64,000 bases of DNA from Alphaproteobacteria bacterium (lineage in GTDB: Bacteria; Pseudomonadota; Alphaproteobacteria; UBA9219). Location of the stretch: positions 1,745 to 65,744 of the forward strand of contig JABDAH010000007.1 in the NCBI GenBank assembly GCA_013289265.1, written 5' to 3'. A model generated the notes under the pieces. It searched no databases. It had not been told where the DNA came from and saw only the letters and a program-made list of their open reading frames with translations. This document shows, one piece after another, positions 34,144 through 43,888 of the stretch (its first letter is position 1; each line of letters opens with the position of its first letter). A program made the position numbers and the translations under genes.

Positions 34144-36249
34144 ATGCACTCTACTAATCGGAAATCACCCACACTCCATCACGTAAAATATCGTCCGGAT
34201 ATTGACGGGCTTCGCGCCATTGCCGTTATGGCTGTTGTCGGGTTCCATGCGTTTCCGAACTGGATTACGGGAGGATTTATTGGTGTCGATATCTTCTTCG
34301 TTATATCCGGCTTCTTAATCACAACACTTATTCTTGGAAATCTTGATAAAGGATCTTTTTCTTTTGGAGAATTTTATGCACGTCGGATCAAGCGCATCTT
34401 CCCGGCACTATGCCTTGTCCTGCTGACATGCATCACTTTTGGCTGGTTTGCCCTGCGTTCCGATGAATATAAACAACTGGGCCTACACATTATAGGTGGC
34501 GCCGGTTTCATTTCCAATTTTCTTTTGTGGCGGGAAGCCGGTTACTTTGACAGCGTATCAGACACCAAACCTTTATTGCATCTTTGGTCGCTGGGAATTG
34601 AAGAACAGTTTTATATACTCTTTCCACCCCTTCTCTTTCTTTGTCACCGGTACCGCTTTAACCTGCTTAAGATACTTTTACCCCTCATTTTTCTGTCGTT
34701 CGGACTAAATATTGCCGCTGTCCATTCACATGCTGTTGCCGCTTTTTATTCACCCGGAGCACGCTTTTGGGAACTCTTGATCGGCAGCCTGTTAGCCTGG
34801 CTCGTACTTTATAAAAAAGATCTGTTCACAGGCATGGATACTAAAATAAATATACTCACCTTTGGAACAACGGCTTCCAGAGTTCGCAATTTTCTGTCGC
34901 TGCTGAGCTTTTTAGTTATTGTGGCAACTCTTCTAGCCATCAATAAGGAAACTGTGTTTCCGGGCTGGTGGGCACTTGCACCCATTGTCGGCTCGGCACT
35001 CATTATAGCCGGCGGGCCAGAAGCATGGGTAAACCGCACAATTCTCGCGCATCCTTTTTTGGTACGGTGCGGACTATTTAGTTTTCCACTTTATCTCTGG
35101 CACTGGCCTCTCCTATCCTTCCTGCGCATAGGCGCAGGCAGCACCCCATCGTGCTTAGTACGCGTCATGGCGGTTATAGGCAGCGTTATATTGGCGGAAC
35201 TTACTTATCGTTTTCTTGAACGTCCCATCCGGCAAGGCAAACGCCACAAGCCCATCGTTATTATCTTGTGTATTCTGATGGTCTTGGCCGCAGGTATGGG
35301 GTGGGGCGTTTGGAAGTTTTCGTCACGCGCAATTTTTTACAGAAGAATAGACGTTCTTTCGGCTCCGGCGAATGCAATGTATGATATGAGCAAGAAAATC
35401 TTGTTACAGGATAATTCCTGCAAGCATTTCCTCGACATTGATACAACGAATCTGATTTGCAAATCAAACAGCAGCGAACCGGAACTCATGATTCTGGGCG
35501 ACAGCACTGCGCCCTCTTTTAACTACGCAGCTTTTATAGGCCAGATTCCTTTAGCCACACTTGAAGTTGGCCGTCCCGGCTGTTTGCCCTTTATCAATTT
35601 TATTAATTATGGCGCGGGCGAAGCCCCAGAAGAAAAGAAATTCTGCAACATTATGAACAGGACAGCCATTCAGCATTTGGATAGACTAAAGAGTATACAT
35701 ACAGTTGTTTTAGTGAGCTCAGGATCGTTGTTCATTCGTGGGGGGTTTGGCCCCAAGAAAAACGAGCAAAATTGGTCAAAATATAGAATCACGACTTCCG
35801 AAGGAAACTATCAGGGGACAAACCAACAGGCCTTTATTGACGGTTATACTGACATTATACAACATTTGCTCAACACTGGGCGACATGTTGTCTTCGTCAA
35901 GGAAATGCCGGAAATGGAAGAAAGCACGGTGGATTGCCTGACAGTAAGACCTGTCTTTGGTTTTTTACACTCCAAACCCCTGAATTGCAAAACCGATAAA
36001 TCCGTACTTATGGAGTGGCAAAGCCCATATAATGCGGCTGTTGCCGAAATCGTTCGCCAAAATCCCGGCCTTCTCGTTTACGACCCCTTTAACCTCGTCT
36101 GTGACACACAGTCATGTTACGGCGTGCGGGAAGATAAAATCTTTTACTACGACAGCCACCATTTAAGTTTGGATGGTAGTGAGCTTGTTTTAAGGGATTT
36201 CCGATGGTGGCTGCTAACTCACGGTATAAATTTAAAGAACATGCCTTAG
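34144..36249 (+). CDS. Acyltransferase-3 / SGNH-domain O-acyltransferase (OafA-like)
   Basis: ORF track, 701 aa. Sequence includes YRPDIDGLRAIAVMAVVGFH, about 10 TM segments, then a ~300-aa soluble C-terminal domain. Confidence 0.85.
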   Translation: MHSTNRKSPTLHHVKYRPDIDGLRAIAVMAVVGFHAFPNWITGGFIGVDIFFVISGFLITTLILGNLDKGSFSFGEFYARRIKRIFPALCLVLLTCITFGWFALRSDEYKQLGLHIIGGAGFISNFLLWREAGYFDSVSDTKPLLHLWSLGIEEQFYILFPPLLFLCHRYRFNLLKILLPLIFLSFGLNIAAVHSHAVAAFYSPGARFWELLIGSLLAWLVLYKKDLFTGMDTKINILTFGTTASRVRNFLSLLSFLVIVATLLAINKETVFPGWWALAPIVGSALIIAGGPEAWVNRTILAHPFLVRCGLFSFPLYLWHWPLLSFLRIGAGSTPSCLVRVMAVIGSVILAELTYRFLERPIRQGKRHKPIVIILCILMVLAAGMGWGVWKFSSRAIFYRRIDVLSAPANAMYDMSKKILLQDNSCKHFLDIDTTNLICKSNSSEPELMILGDSTAPSFNYAAFIGQIPLATLEVGRPGCLPFINFINYGAGEAPEEKKFCNIMNRTAIQHLDRLKSIHTVVLVSSGSLFIRGGFGPKKNEQNWSKYRITTSEGNYQGTNQQAFIDGYTDIIQHLLNTGRHVVFVKEMPEMEESTVDCLTVRPVFGFLHSKPLNCKTDKSVLMEWQSPYNAAVAEIVRQNPGLLVYDPFNLVCDTQSCYGVREDKIFYYDSHHLSLDGSELVLRDFRWWLLTHGINLKNMP

Positions 36250-36420
36250 CTAACTTCACCTAGCCGACCCCTAACACAAATCGCTTACCCTCGATTCTCT
36301 TTGTTTTCTTGTAATTGAGGGCGAGATATATTGACTTTACCCCACTTAATTGTCACTAAGATGCCTATGCTTATTTGTTGCTAGAATCGCCAATTTTGGC
36401 TCTTGTTGGAGTTCGAAAAT

Positions 36421-37473
36421 ATGCAGAAAACAGCCATTGTTACGGGGATCACGGGCCAGGACGGCGCTTATCTGGCACAGCTACTTCTTGCCAAAAATTA
36501 CAAAGTGTACGGTACCGCACGCCGCTCCAGCGTTGACAATATGCAGCGCCTCAAGCATTTGGGAATTGGCGACCAAGTCGAAGTCATCGGCATGGAACTG
36601 ATGGAGCCTAGCAACATACAGTCCGTTATCGCCGCCATTAAGCCTGATGAATTTTATAATCTTGCCGCACAAAGTTTTGTTGCCGCTTCTTTTGAACAAC
36701 CCCTTTACACCGCCGAAGTGGATGCCTTAGCCGTTACCCGCATTCTGGAATCGCTGCGCCTCAGTTCGCCGAAAACCAGATTTTATCAGGCTTCGACTTC
36801 TGAAATGTTCGGACAGGTTCGCGCCATACCACAAAACGAGGATACCCCTTTTCATCCGCGCAGCCCTTACGCTGTTGCCAAGCTTTACGCGCATCACATC
36901 ACGATCAACTACCGCGAATCTTACGGGATGTATGCCTGCTCCGGCATTCTCTTCAATCATGAGTCGCCCCTGCGCGGTTCCGAATTCGTCACGCGCAAAA
37001 TCACTCGTGGCCTTGCTGCCATTAAGTGCGGCAAGCAGGATCGCATCGAACTTGGCAACATGGATGCCAAGCGTGACTGGGGTTTTGCTGGTGATTATGT
37101 CGCAGGCATGTGGAGCATGCTGCAACAAAAAGAAGCCGATGATTATGTGCTGGCGACAGGCGATACGCACACCGTGCGTGAGTTTGCCGTTCTTGCCGCC
37201 AAACATCTGGGCGTCAATCTGGAATGGCGCGGCGAAGGCGTTAACGAGACCGGCATTGATAGCGCGACAGGCAAAGTATGGATTGCCATCAATCCTAAAT
37301 ATTACCGTCCGGCAGAAGTCAACCTGCTGATCGGCGATCCTTCCAAAGCCAAGACGAAGCTAAACTGGAATCCGTCGGTTCGATTTGAGCAGTTGGTTCA
37401 AATGATGATGGAAGCCGATCTGGCAGCAGAAGAAAAAAATACTGAGAAAAAAACAACCAACATGGCGGCCTAA
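36421..37473 (+). CDS. gmd: GDP-mannose 4,6-dehydratase
   Basis: ORF track 36403..37473 (TTG), with an internal ATG at residue 7. Sequence includes AIVTGITGQDGAYLAQLLLAKNYKVYGTARRSS...FYQASTSEMFG...SPYAVAKLYAHHITINYRESYGMYACSGILFNHESPLRG. Confidence 0.93.
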   Translation: MQKTAIVTGITGQDGAYLAQLLLAKNYKVYGTARRSSVDNMQRLKHLGIGDQVEVIGMELMEPSNIQSVIAAIKPDEFYNLAAQSFVAASFEQPLYTAEVDALAVTRILESLRLSSPKTRFYQASTSEMFGQVRAIPQNEDTPFHPRSPYAVAKLYAHHITINYRESYGMYACSGILFNHESPLRGSEFVTRKITRGLAAIKCGKQDRIELGNMDAKRDWGFAGDYVAGMWSMLQQKEADDYVLATGDTHTVREFAVLAAKHLGVNLEWRGEGVNETGIDSATGKVWIAINPKYYRPAEVNLLIGDPSKAKTKLNWNPSVRFEQLVQMMMEADLAAEEKNTEKKTTNMAA

Positions 37474-37477
37474 TCCA

Positions 37478-38422
37478 ATGAATATTCTTGTGACAGGCAG
37501 CGACGGTTATATCGGCAACGGCTTGGTCAGAAAGCTTCTGGCAGAAGGTCATACCGTTCACTGCGTCGATAAAAAGATTTTCTATAACCTCGAATCTGAC
37601 GGCGTTTCCGGTATTGTGCGCCCCTGCGACGACATCAAGGATATAACTGTCGAGCAACTGCGCCCGATCCAGCACATCATCCATCTGGCCGCTATCAGCA
37701 ACGATCCTGCAGCCGAGTTAGACGCGCGCCTGACATGGGAAACCAATGTTCTGTATACACTGCAGCTTATCGACCGCGCCGTCAAAGCTGGCGTTCCGCA
37801 ATTTACTTTTGCGTCATCAGGTTCGGTTTACGGTTTGAAAGACGAAGACCGCGTCACTGAAGACCTAGAACTGGTGCCATTGACGGATTACAACAAATCC
37901 AAAATGTGCGCCGAGCGCATTCTCCTGAGCTACCGCGATAAAATCGGCCTCACTATCATCCGCCCTGCCACCGTTTGCGGCATCTCAGCGCGTCAACGGC
38001 TCGATGTTGTCGTCAATATTCTGACGTCGCAGGCGCTTAAGAATAAGACCATCAAGCTGTTCGGTGGCGATCAGGTGCGTCCCCATATTCATATGAGCGA
38101 TATGCACGGCCTCTATCTCGCCATCATCAAAAACCCGAAAGCCTATCAGGGCATTTTCAATGCTGGGTTTGAGAATCTAACCAACAAGGAACTAGCCAAT
38201 CTTATCGCCAAATCAACCGGCGCTGCGATTGTGACCACAACATCGAATGACAATCGCAGCTACCGCCTCTGCAGCGACCGCTTGCTGGCCGCAGGCTTTG
38301 TGCCTCAGCACAGCGTCGACGAAGCCGTGAATGACATTACCAACGCGTTTAAGAACGGGTCTTTAAAAGATGGCCCAGAAACGCAGTCTGTACAGTGGCT
38401 GAAAAGTTATTATGGCAAGTGA
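37478..38422 (+). CDS. Extended-SDR NAD-dependent epimerase/reductase (possible GDP-4-keto-6-deoxyhexose reductase)
   Basis: ORF track, 314 aa. Sequence includes MNILVTGSDGYIGNGL...YNKSKMCAE (YxxxK). It starts 5 nt after gmd. Confidence 0.7.
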   Translation: MNILVTGSDGYIGNGLVRKLLAEGHTVHCVDKKIFYNLESDGVSGIVRPCDDIKDITVEQLRPIQHIIHLAAISNDPAAELDARLTWETNVLYTLQLIDRAVKAGVPQFTFASSGSVYGLKDEDRVTEDLELVPLTDYNKSKMCAERILLSYRDKIGLTIIRPATVCGISARQRLDVVVNILTSQALKNKTIKLFGGDQVRPHIHMSDMHGLYLAIIKNPKAYQGIFNAGFENLTNKELANLIAKSTGAAIVTTTSNDNRSYRLCSDRLLAAGFVPQHSVDEAVNDITNAFKNGSLKDGPETQSVQWLKSYYGK

Positions 38423-38460
38423 GAAGGTGATTTCACTTCTCTGTAGGAATTGAGAGAATT

Positions 38461-39576
38461 ATGACAAGCGCACCCATTCCGATTTCTGCAAAGAGTTCAG
38501 TTGATGAAATTGAACTTATGGTTGCGAATTATGTGGCAGAAGAACAAGAAATTTATAAAGAGACCGATCCGCGCATTGTACAGCTGGCTGGGTCCCGGCT
38601 GTTTAACAGCAATGGGTTTCCTAATGCCTGCCTGACCCAAAAAAATCTGGGTTATTATCTCGATTCACAGCAAGAAAACAGGGCCACTCTCTATATGCGC
38701 ACTATTGGTAAAATAGACGCAGAAACGGCAGAAATTCTTAAAGACGCTCTGCGTATTTTAGACAAGGCCAATACCGGAACCCAAGGCGCTGGTGGCGGCG
38801 TTAGCGGATTATTACATGGGCTTTATTGTGCCCTGAATGCGCGCAAGATTCTGCCGCAACCTGAGGCGGATCGTCCTGTGTATACGCTGGAGATTGGCCC
38901 CGGCAGCGGCTGGACGACTTACTTTCTCACCCGTTTTGGTTTTCACACCACAACTGTCGATAGCAACCCCAACCTCATTGCCACGCAACGTTATTTGATG
39001 GGCCAGTTGCCACCAGAATGCGCAGCGCATTATTCGCAACTGTCCTGGTGGAAATTTTATGACATCACCTGCGAGCCGCAACATTCCTATGACATGATGC
39101 TGGCCAATCATATGATTTGCGAAATTTCGCAATGGTCCAGGCTTTATATTGCCAAATGGGCTTCTCTCTATCTGAAGGAGAGCGGCGTCATGTTCTTCCA
39201 GGCTTGGGGCAGCGAAGATTTCTATTCCCGTTATGATGCTATCTACGCGCTTAATGCTCATAACATGGAGCTGTTCTCGCGAACTCGCGGCTCGAAAATA
39301 TTGGGGTCATTTTTCAGAAACAAAGAAGAACTTCCGGAAATTAATTTTTTCAGGAAAACACCACCGAATAGAACGGGCCCACTTCATACCTTTATGACGC
39401 GCATCAAAAGAAGGCTGCTACGACTTATGCCATGGACAGGCGCGGCATGGATCGCGAAATTAGAGGTCTATCACATGGTCACAGGCACGTCGGTTGAGCA
39501 AATTATCCGTGAGAGGGGCTATACGGATGCAGCTTTCACTAACCCGTCATTTCTTTGGGCAAAGATATGTCACTGA
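38461..39576 (+). CDS. Putative class-I SAM-dependent methyltransferase with a ~130-aa N-terminal extension
   Basis: ORF track, 371 aa. Motif-I-like YTLEIGPGSGWTTYFLTRFGFHTTTVD. The rest is unrecognised. Confidence 0.5.
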   Translation: MTSAPIPISAKSSVDEIELMVANYVAEEQEIYKETDPRIVQLAGSRLFNSNGFPNACLTQKNLGYYLDSQQENRATLYMRTIGKIDAETAEILKDALRILDKANTGTQGAGGGVSGLLHGLYCALNARKILPQPEADRPVYTLEIGPGSGWTTYFLTRFGFHTTTVDSNPNLIATQRYLMGQLPPECAAHYSQLSWWKFYDITCEPQHSYDMMLANHMICEISQWSRLYIAKWASLYLKESGVMFFQAWGSEDFYSRYDAIYALNAHNMELFSRTRGSKILGSFFRNKEELPEINFFRKTPPNRTGPLHTFMTRIKRRLLRLMPWTGAAWIAKLEVYHMVTGTSVEQIIRERGYTDAAFTNPSFLWAKICH

Positions 39577-40799
39577 TTTCTACGCCTAGCCTGTTTATTT
39601 CACATAGAAGAATGATAGTTGATATAGCGCTTCTGCTCTTCGCCCGCCTCTCTCCACGATTTTTCTCAATTGCCCTTATTATACGTTATCCGGGATATCT
39701 GCGGCATATGGGCATTAGCCGCAAAAGACTACTCAGGAAACTGCGTAAAAAAAGCTACTTCCAGTCTGGGTATCGTGATGATTTTTCTGAAACCTGGCTC
39801 ATTACCGTGCAGCCTCATATGCGCGAAAAAACCATACTCAAGACCTTTGGGCAAAGAATTACCCGCATTATAACGCTGGGGGATGAAGGTCTGTCCGCTT
39901 TTGCTAATCGCGATATTGCCCTTCAATCCATACCGCGTGATTGGATTGCTGCATGGCTGCTTATTCTTGCGAATTTTGGGCAGGAACGCCTTTTTATTCT
40001 CAGTGGCCTGTCGGATTTATGGTTTATGCCACTCAAGGTTCATATGCACAGAACCCATATGGCATTTGATGCTTATGATACCATAGCGGAATACAAAAAC
40101 GGCGCGCTGATGCCCGTTTTGAACAGACTTAACTACAGATTGGGCAGACATTATTTTATACGCGATGCGCGCTTTAAGCAGGCTTTACGCCGTAGCGGCA
40201 ATTGGAGCACGAGTGTTTGTTATGTCCCTGATGCAATGCAGATGGATGTCATTGAAGCGACCGCCCTGATACAGAAATTTCAGCCCACAGAAAAAATTAA
40301 ATTTGTTAGCGCCGGTTGGGTAACGACCGAAGGTGATGGCGGCATTCTGCGTTCATTCAAGCTTATACGCTCCATCTGGCCACAGGCTGAGCTACATTTG
40401 TGCCTGACTCAATTTATGCGTCAGGAAGACCCGTTATTTGCCCCCCTGATCGCCTATATGAGCGCGAATGAAGGGTGCCATGTACATGCGAACCTGCAGG
40501 GCGAAGCCTATCAAACAATGCTTGATGAGGCCCATGTCGGCTTGAATTTGCATGATCCCAATGTTTTCGACGAGAGTTATGCGGACTTCTCCGCTGCCAT
40601 GGTCCGCCGCAGTCCCAGCGCCCGCATTCTTGACTTCGCAGCCCGGGGCTGTGTACTAATGACGACCAAAGAACAACGCTACAGTCAGCACGTATTTAAA
40701 CTGCATTCCCCTCATAAAGCCGTGATTCACTTAACACCAAAAACGAGGCCAGAAGAATTAACGGCACTTTTTGACGGTATCCGCACGCGCGCTCAATGA
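39567..40799 (+). CDS. Hypothetical protein (about 410 aa), possible GT-B-like enzyme
   Basis: ORF track 39555..40799 (TTG), with an internal ATG at residue 5. No diagnostic motif seen. It overlaps both neighbours (ATGA at 40796). Confidence 0.5.
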   Translation: MSLISTPSLFISHRRMIVDIALLLFARLSPRFFSIALIIRYPGYLRHMGISRKRLLRKLRKKSYFQSGYRDDFSETWLITVQPHMREKTILKTFGQRITRIITLGDEGLSAFANRDIALQSIPRDWIAAWLLILANFGQERLFILSGLSDLWFMPLKVHMHRTHMAFDAYDTIAEYKNGALMPVLNRLNYRLGRHYFIRDARFKQALRRSGNWSTSVCYVPDAMQMDVIEATALIQKFQPTEKIKFVSAGWVTTEGDGGILRSFKLIRSIWPQAELHLCLTQFMRQEDPLFAPLIAYMSANEGCHVHANLQGEAYQTMLDEAHVGLNLHDPNVFDESYADFSAAMVRRSPSARILDFAARGCVLMTTKEQRYSQHVFKLHSPHKAVIHLTPKTRPEELTALFDGIRTRAQ

Positions 40800-42055
40800 T
40801 TGCTATCGATATTACAAAATTTCTGAAAAGTTTGCCGCAGGTGCGCGGCCCAGCGGTTTTTCTTAACGCCTTGATTTTTGCATCACTCGACCGGGATATA
40901 CATTTGGCTTTTAATCCGCATTATGTTGGTAGCCAGCTTTACTTCCAGGTTGTGGCGGCCAAAGATTTCCCGACCTTTTGGGAGAGACAAGTAGCTTCAT
41001 ATTACATGCATCATTCGTCACGCTTTAACTTGCGGAGAATCTTGCGGTTTGTGCGCGATCTGATGGTTAAGTTTCACCCCCAATTGGCTGTACGCTACAA
41101 GCTTTTTCAGAAAGCGCGCGGGCGTAGCTCGGTCAATGAATATGCGGCATCTGTGGTTCATCATTCTTCAATCAAACAGATGCTGAGTTTTCTCTCCTCC
41201 GACAGCATGTGGGGGCTGCCGATGCCGGAAACAAAGAAAACTTTGTTTCTCTATGACATTACCTTTTTTGAAATCCTGCGGATGATTTCCTCGCCGGTTA
41301 ATTATAGCTCGAGCCCTTTTATTGTTGGCCACATCATTGATGTTAACCGGGCGATATCGGAAGCGCACAGCATTATGGTACCCACACATTACTTAGCGGA
41401 ACAATTGCCGCATCATTTCCCAGCCGCCGGCAATCGCCCTATAGATGTTGTGCCATTGGCATCAAAAATGTCCGACGGCGCCCTTATGTTCAAGCCGCTT
41501 AAGAAAGACAACACCAGAAATTCTGCGCTTGTTGTTTGCGGTTTCGACGGTTTTAAAAATGACAATAAAGGCATGGGCGCCATTCTGGATATAATATGCC
41601 TTTATAAGAAAATTTATGGCGCTGAAAAGCCCCTGCATTTCACGCTCATCACACCTCAACTTTATGAGCTTAAGCAAAGAATTGAGGATCTTGATATTTC
41701 TGACTGCATCACGCTTAGATCCTGCATTCCGGTTTCGGAATTGATCCGGGAATATAAGCAAGCCAAATTCTTGTGGGTACATTCTATCGATGAGGGTTTT
41801 TGTTTACCGGTCCTGGAAGCCTCTAAACTCGGTACCCCCGTTGTTGTATCAGACGTGCCACCCTTACATGAAATTTGGGACAATACCGTCAACTACATCG
41901 ACGTTTTCAATCGCTATGAAGCCGTTAATCAGCTTTATAACTACAATAACCGCAAGGGCCTAGCAGCTAAAGGTGCAAACACACTTCACGCACAGAATTA
42001 TACGATCGAGAAAACGGCTGAAGGTGTCTGGTCGGCGCTGGCCAGGGTTGCCTGA
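40796..42055 (+). CDS. Family-4 (GT-B) glycosyltransferase
   Basis: ORF track, 419 aa. Sequence includes KFLWVHSIDEGFCLPVLEASKLGTPVVVSDVPPLHEIW (E-x7-E region). Confidence 0.75.
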   Translation: MIAIDITKFLKSLPQVRGPAVFLNALIFASLDRDIHLAFNPHYVGSQLYFQVVAAKDFPTFWERQVASYYMHHSSRFNLRRILRFVRDLMVKFHPQLAVRYKLFQKARGRSSVNEYAASVVHHSSIKQMLSFLSSDSMWGLPMPETKKTLFLYDITFFEILRMISSPVNYSSSPFIVGHIIDVNRAISEAHSIMVPTHYLAEQLPHHFPAAGNRPIDVVPLASKMSDGALMFKPLKKDNTRNSALVVCGFDGFKNDNKGMGAILDIICLYKKIYGAEKPLHFTLITPQLYELKQRIEDLDISDCITLRSCIPVSELIREYKQAKFLWVHSIDEGFCLPVLEASKLGTPVVVSDVPPLHEIWDNTVNYIDVFNRYEAVNQLYNYNNRKGLAAKGANTLHAQNYTIEKTAEGVWSALARVA

Positions 42056-42074
42056 CCCCCATGGAATATGCCCA

Positions 42075-43280
42075 ATGACATCTAAGACAGTTTATTATCT
42101 TGATGCCGGTATTGTTAACAATGTCGGACACAATCTGGAAACAGTCGAGTTCCTCAAAAAATATCTTGGACAACATGCCGATTGCACAGTTGTTGCCGGA
42201 AAGAAATTTGCTGGCAGCGTGGATGGCATACGCGTGTTACCTTTATTGCGTTATGGCTCCCCCCACTGGTCGATGCCAAGCCGCAAGATGCGTTATCTGA
42301 TGGGACTAAGAAGGCGCCTGCGCCTTCCATTCATCGATCATGTTGTTCCCTTGATTAAAGTGAGGGAAATGAAGCAAGAGTTGAGCACACTGTCGTTCCC
42401 AAAAAATGCGCAGATCATCATCAACTCGGTTGAACTGGATGATGCCTATATGCAGTGCGAAGCATTATGGTCGCTGGAACCGACCTTAAACATCAAAGTT
42501 ATTCTGCACTATTCGCCGTTCGATGCGCATTCGGTCATTGTACGACCCAAATTGAAAAGAGCACTGAAAGGGATCAGTAAGCTCTCGCCACAAGATAACC
42601 GCATTACATTCTATGCTGATACAGATAAGCTTTGTCAGGTCTATGCAGCGCTGTTACAGCGGCCGGTAACTTTATTGCCTATCCCCCACGCCAAACGGGG
42701 TGGGAATACCCCCAGAGACAACCCGTCGTCGCCCTACCGGGTAGTTTATTTTGGCACCTATTCCGAGGCCAAAGCCCCTCACTTAATTCCTGAAATCATA
42801 CGCCTGATCCATAAAGACGTGGCGCTGGACTGGTCGGTGTATATTACCTACATCACCAAAAACCCTATCATCGACTCTTTTGAGAGAGAATTACGAACTC
42901 TGGAAACAAAAACCGGAAAATCCATCTATCACACCGGCCCTTTCAGCACACAACACATTGAAGACATCTTTGATCAGAGCGATATTTTTCTGGTTCCCTA
43001 CCACTCCCATGATTACGAGTTGCAATCCTCCGGCGTCGTGATGGAAGCACTGGTATCCGGCAAGGTACCTTTGGTATCGCGATCAATGGCTGATGCCGCT
43101 CTATTGGCCAGGATCGATCCACATCTCGTTTTCCGCCCCAACAATGAAATGGATATTGCGGACAATCTTGAATATATCGCGAAAAACTATTCTGAAATAA
43201 GGGCGAAACTGCGCCCCTTGCAACAACAGATGGAAGCCTTTCATAATCCCGAGACTTTTATCAAAATCTTGCTGGCATAG
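42075..43280 (+). CDS. Uncharacterised GT-B-like protein (paralogue of 55456..56733)
   Basis: ORF track 41973..43280. I start it at the internal ATG (residue 35, MTSKTVYYLDAGIVNNVGHNLETVEFLKKY). The C-terminal region reads IFLVPYHSHDYELQSSGVVMEALVSGKVPLVS. Confidence 0.55.
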   Translation: MTSKTVYYLDAGIVNNVGHNLETVEFLKKYLGQHADCTVVAGKKFAGSVDGIRVLPLLRYGSPHWSMPSRKMRYLMGLRRRLRLPFIDHVVPLIKVREMKQELSTLSFPKNAQIIINSVELDDAYMQCEALWSLEPTLNIKVILHYSPFDAHSVIVRPKLKRALKGISKLSPQDNRITFYADTDKLCQVYAALLQRPVTLLPIPHAKRGGNTPRDNPSSPYRVVYFGTYSEAKAPHLIPEIIRLIHKDVALDWSVYITYITKNPIIDSFERELRTLETKTGKSIYHTGPFSTQHIEDIFDQSDIFLVPYHSHDYELQSSGVVMEALVSGKVPLVSRSMADAALLARIDPHLVFRPNNEMDIADNLEYIAKNYSEIRAKLRPLQQQMEAFHNPETFIKILLA

Positions 43281-43288
43281 GCCCTTAC

Positions 43289-43888
43289 ATGATTGTCGGA
43301 TTGGATCTGGACAACACGATCGTCGATTGCGACACTCTGTTTCAACATCAAGCGGAGGATTTGCTTGGATGTTCGCTCGCAGGAAAATCGCGCGAAGATG
43401 TACGCGCGCTTGTACGCAGTGAACGGGGCGATCATTTCTGGACCCAAATTCAAGCCGAAGTGTATGGCCCGCTCTATCAGGAATGCCCGCCCTGCAACGG
43501 CGCTCTTGAGACAATCGCTCAGATTGCGGCTTCACCACGCGTAACGGATATTATGATTATCAGCCACAAAACCAGGACCGACTCTGCTGGCAAGAATTAC
43601 AAGCTTCGCGACTATGCTACCGCATGGATAGAACGCCATTTGTTTGGCAAAACCTCTTTGACCAAATCCCATATTCACTTCGCAGAAACTATCGGTGAAA
43701 AACTCCAATTGGTTGCCACCAAGGAATGCGATTTTTTCCTCGACGATCTTACCGATATCATCCTGCCATTGCAGAACAGAATTCCCCACCCCGTTCTGTT
43801 TAATCGTGACGCAAAGAATCACCCGATGAAAGACAGCCTGCGCATTTGTGACTGGCCAGCCTTTGGGGCTTTTGTGCTCAATGGCTAG
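43289..43888 (+). CDS. HAD-superfamily hydrolase/phosphatase
   Basis: ORF track, 199 aa. N-terminal MIVGLDLDNTIVDC (DxDxT nucleophile motif). Confidence 0.7.
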   Translation: MIVGLDLDNTIVDCDTLFQHQAEDLLGCSLAGKSREDVRALVRSERGDHFWTQIQAEVYGPLYQECPPCNGALETIAQIAASPRVTDIMIISHKTRTDSAGKNYKLRDYATAWIERHLFGKTSLTKSHIHFAETIGEKLQLVATKECDFFLDDLTDIILPLQNRIPHPVLFNRDAKNHPMKDSLRICDWPAFGAFVLNG

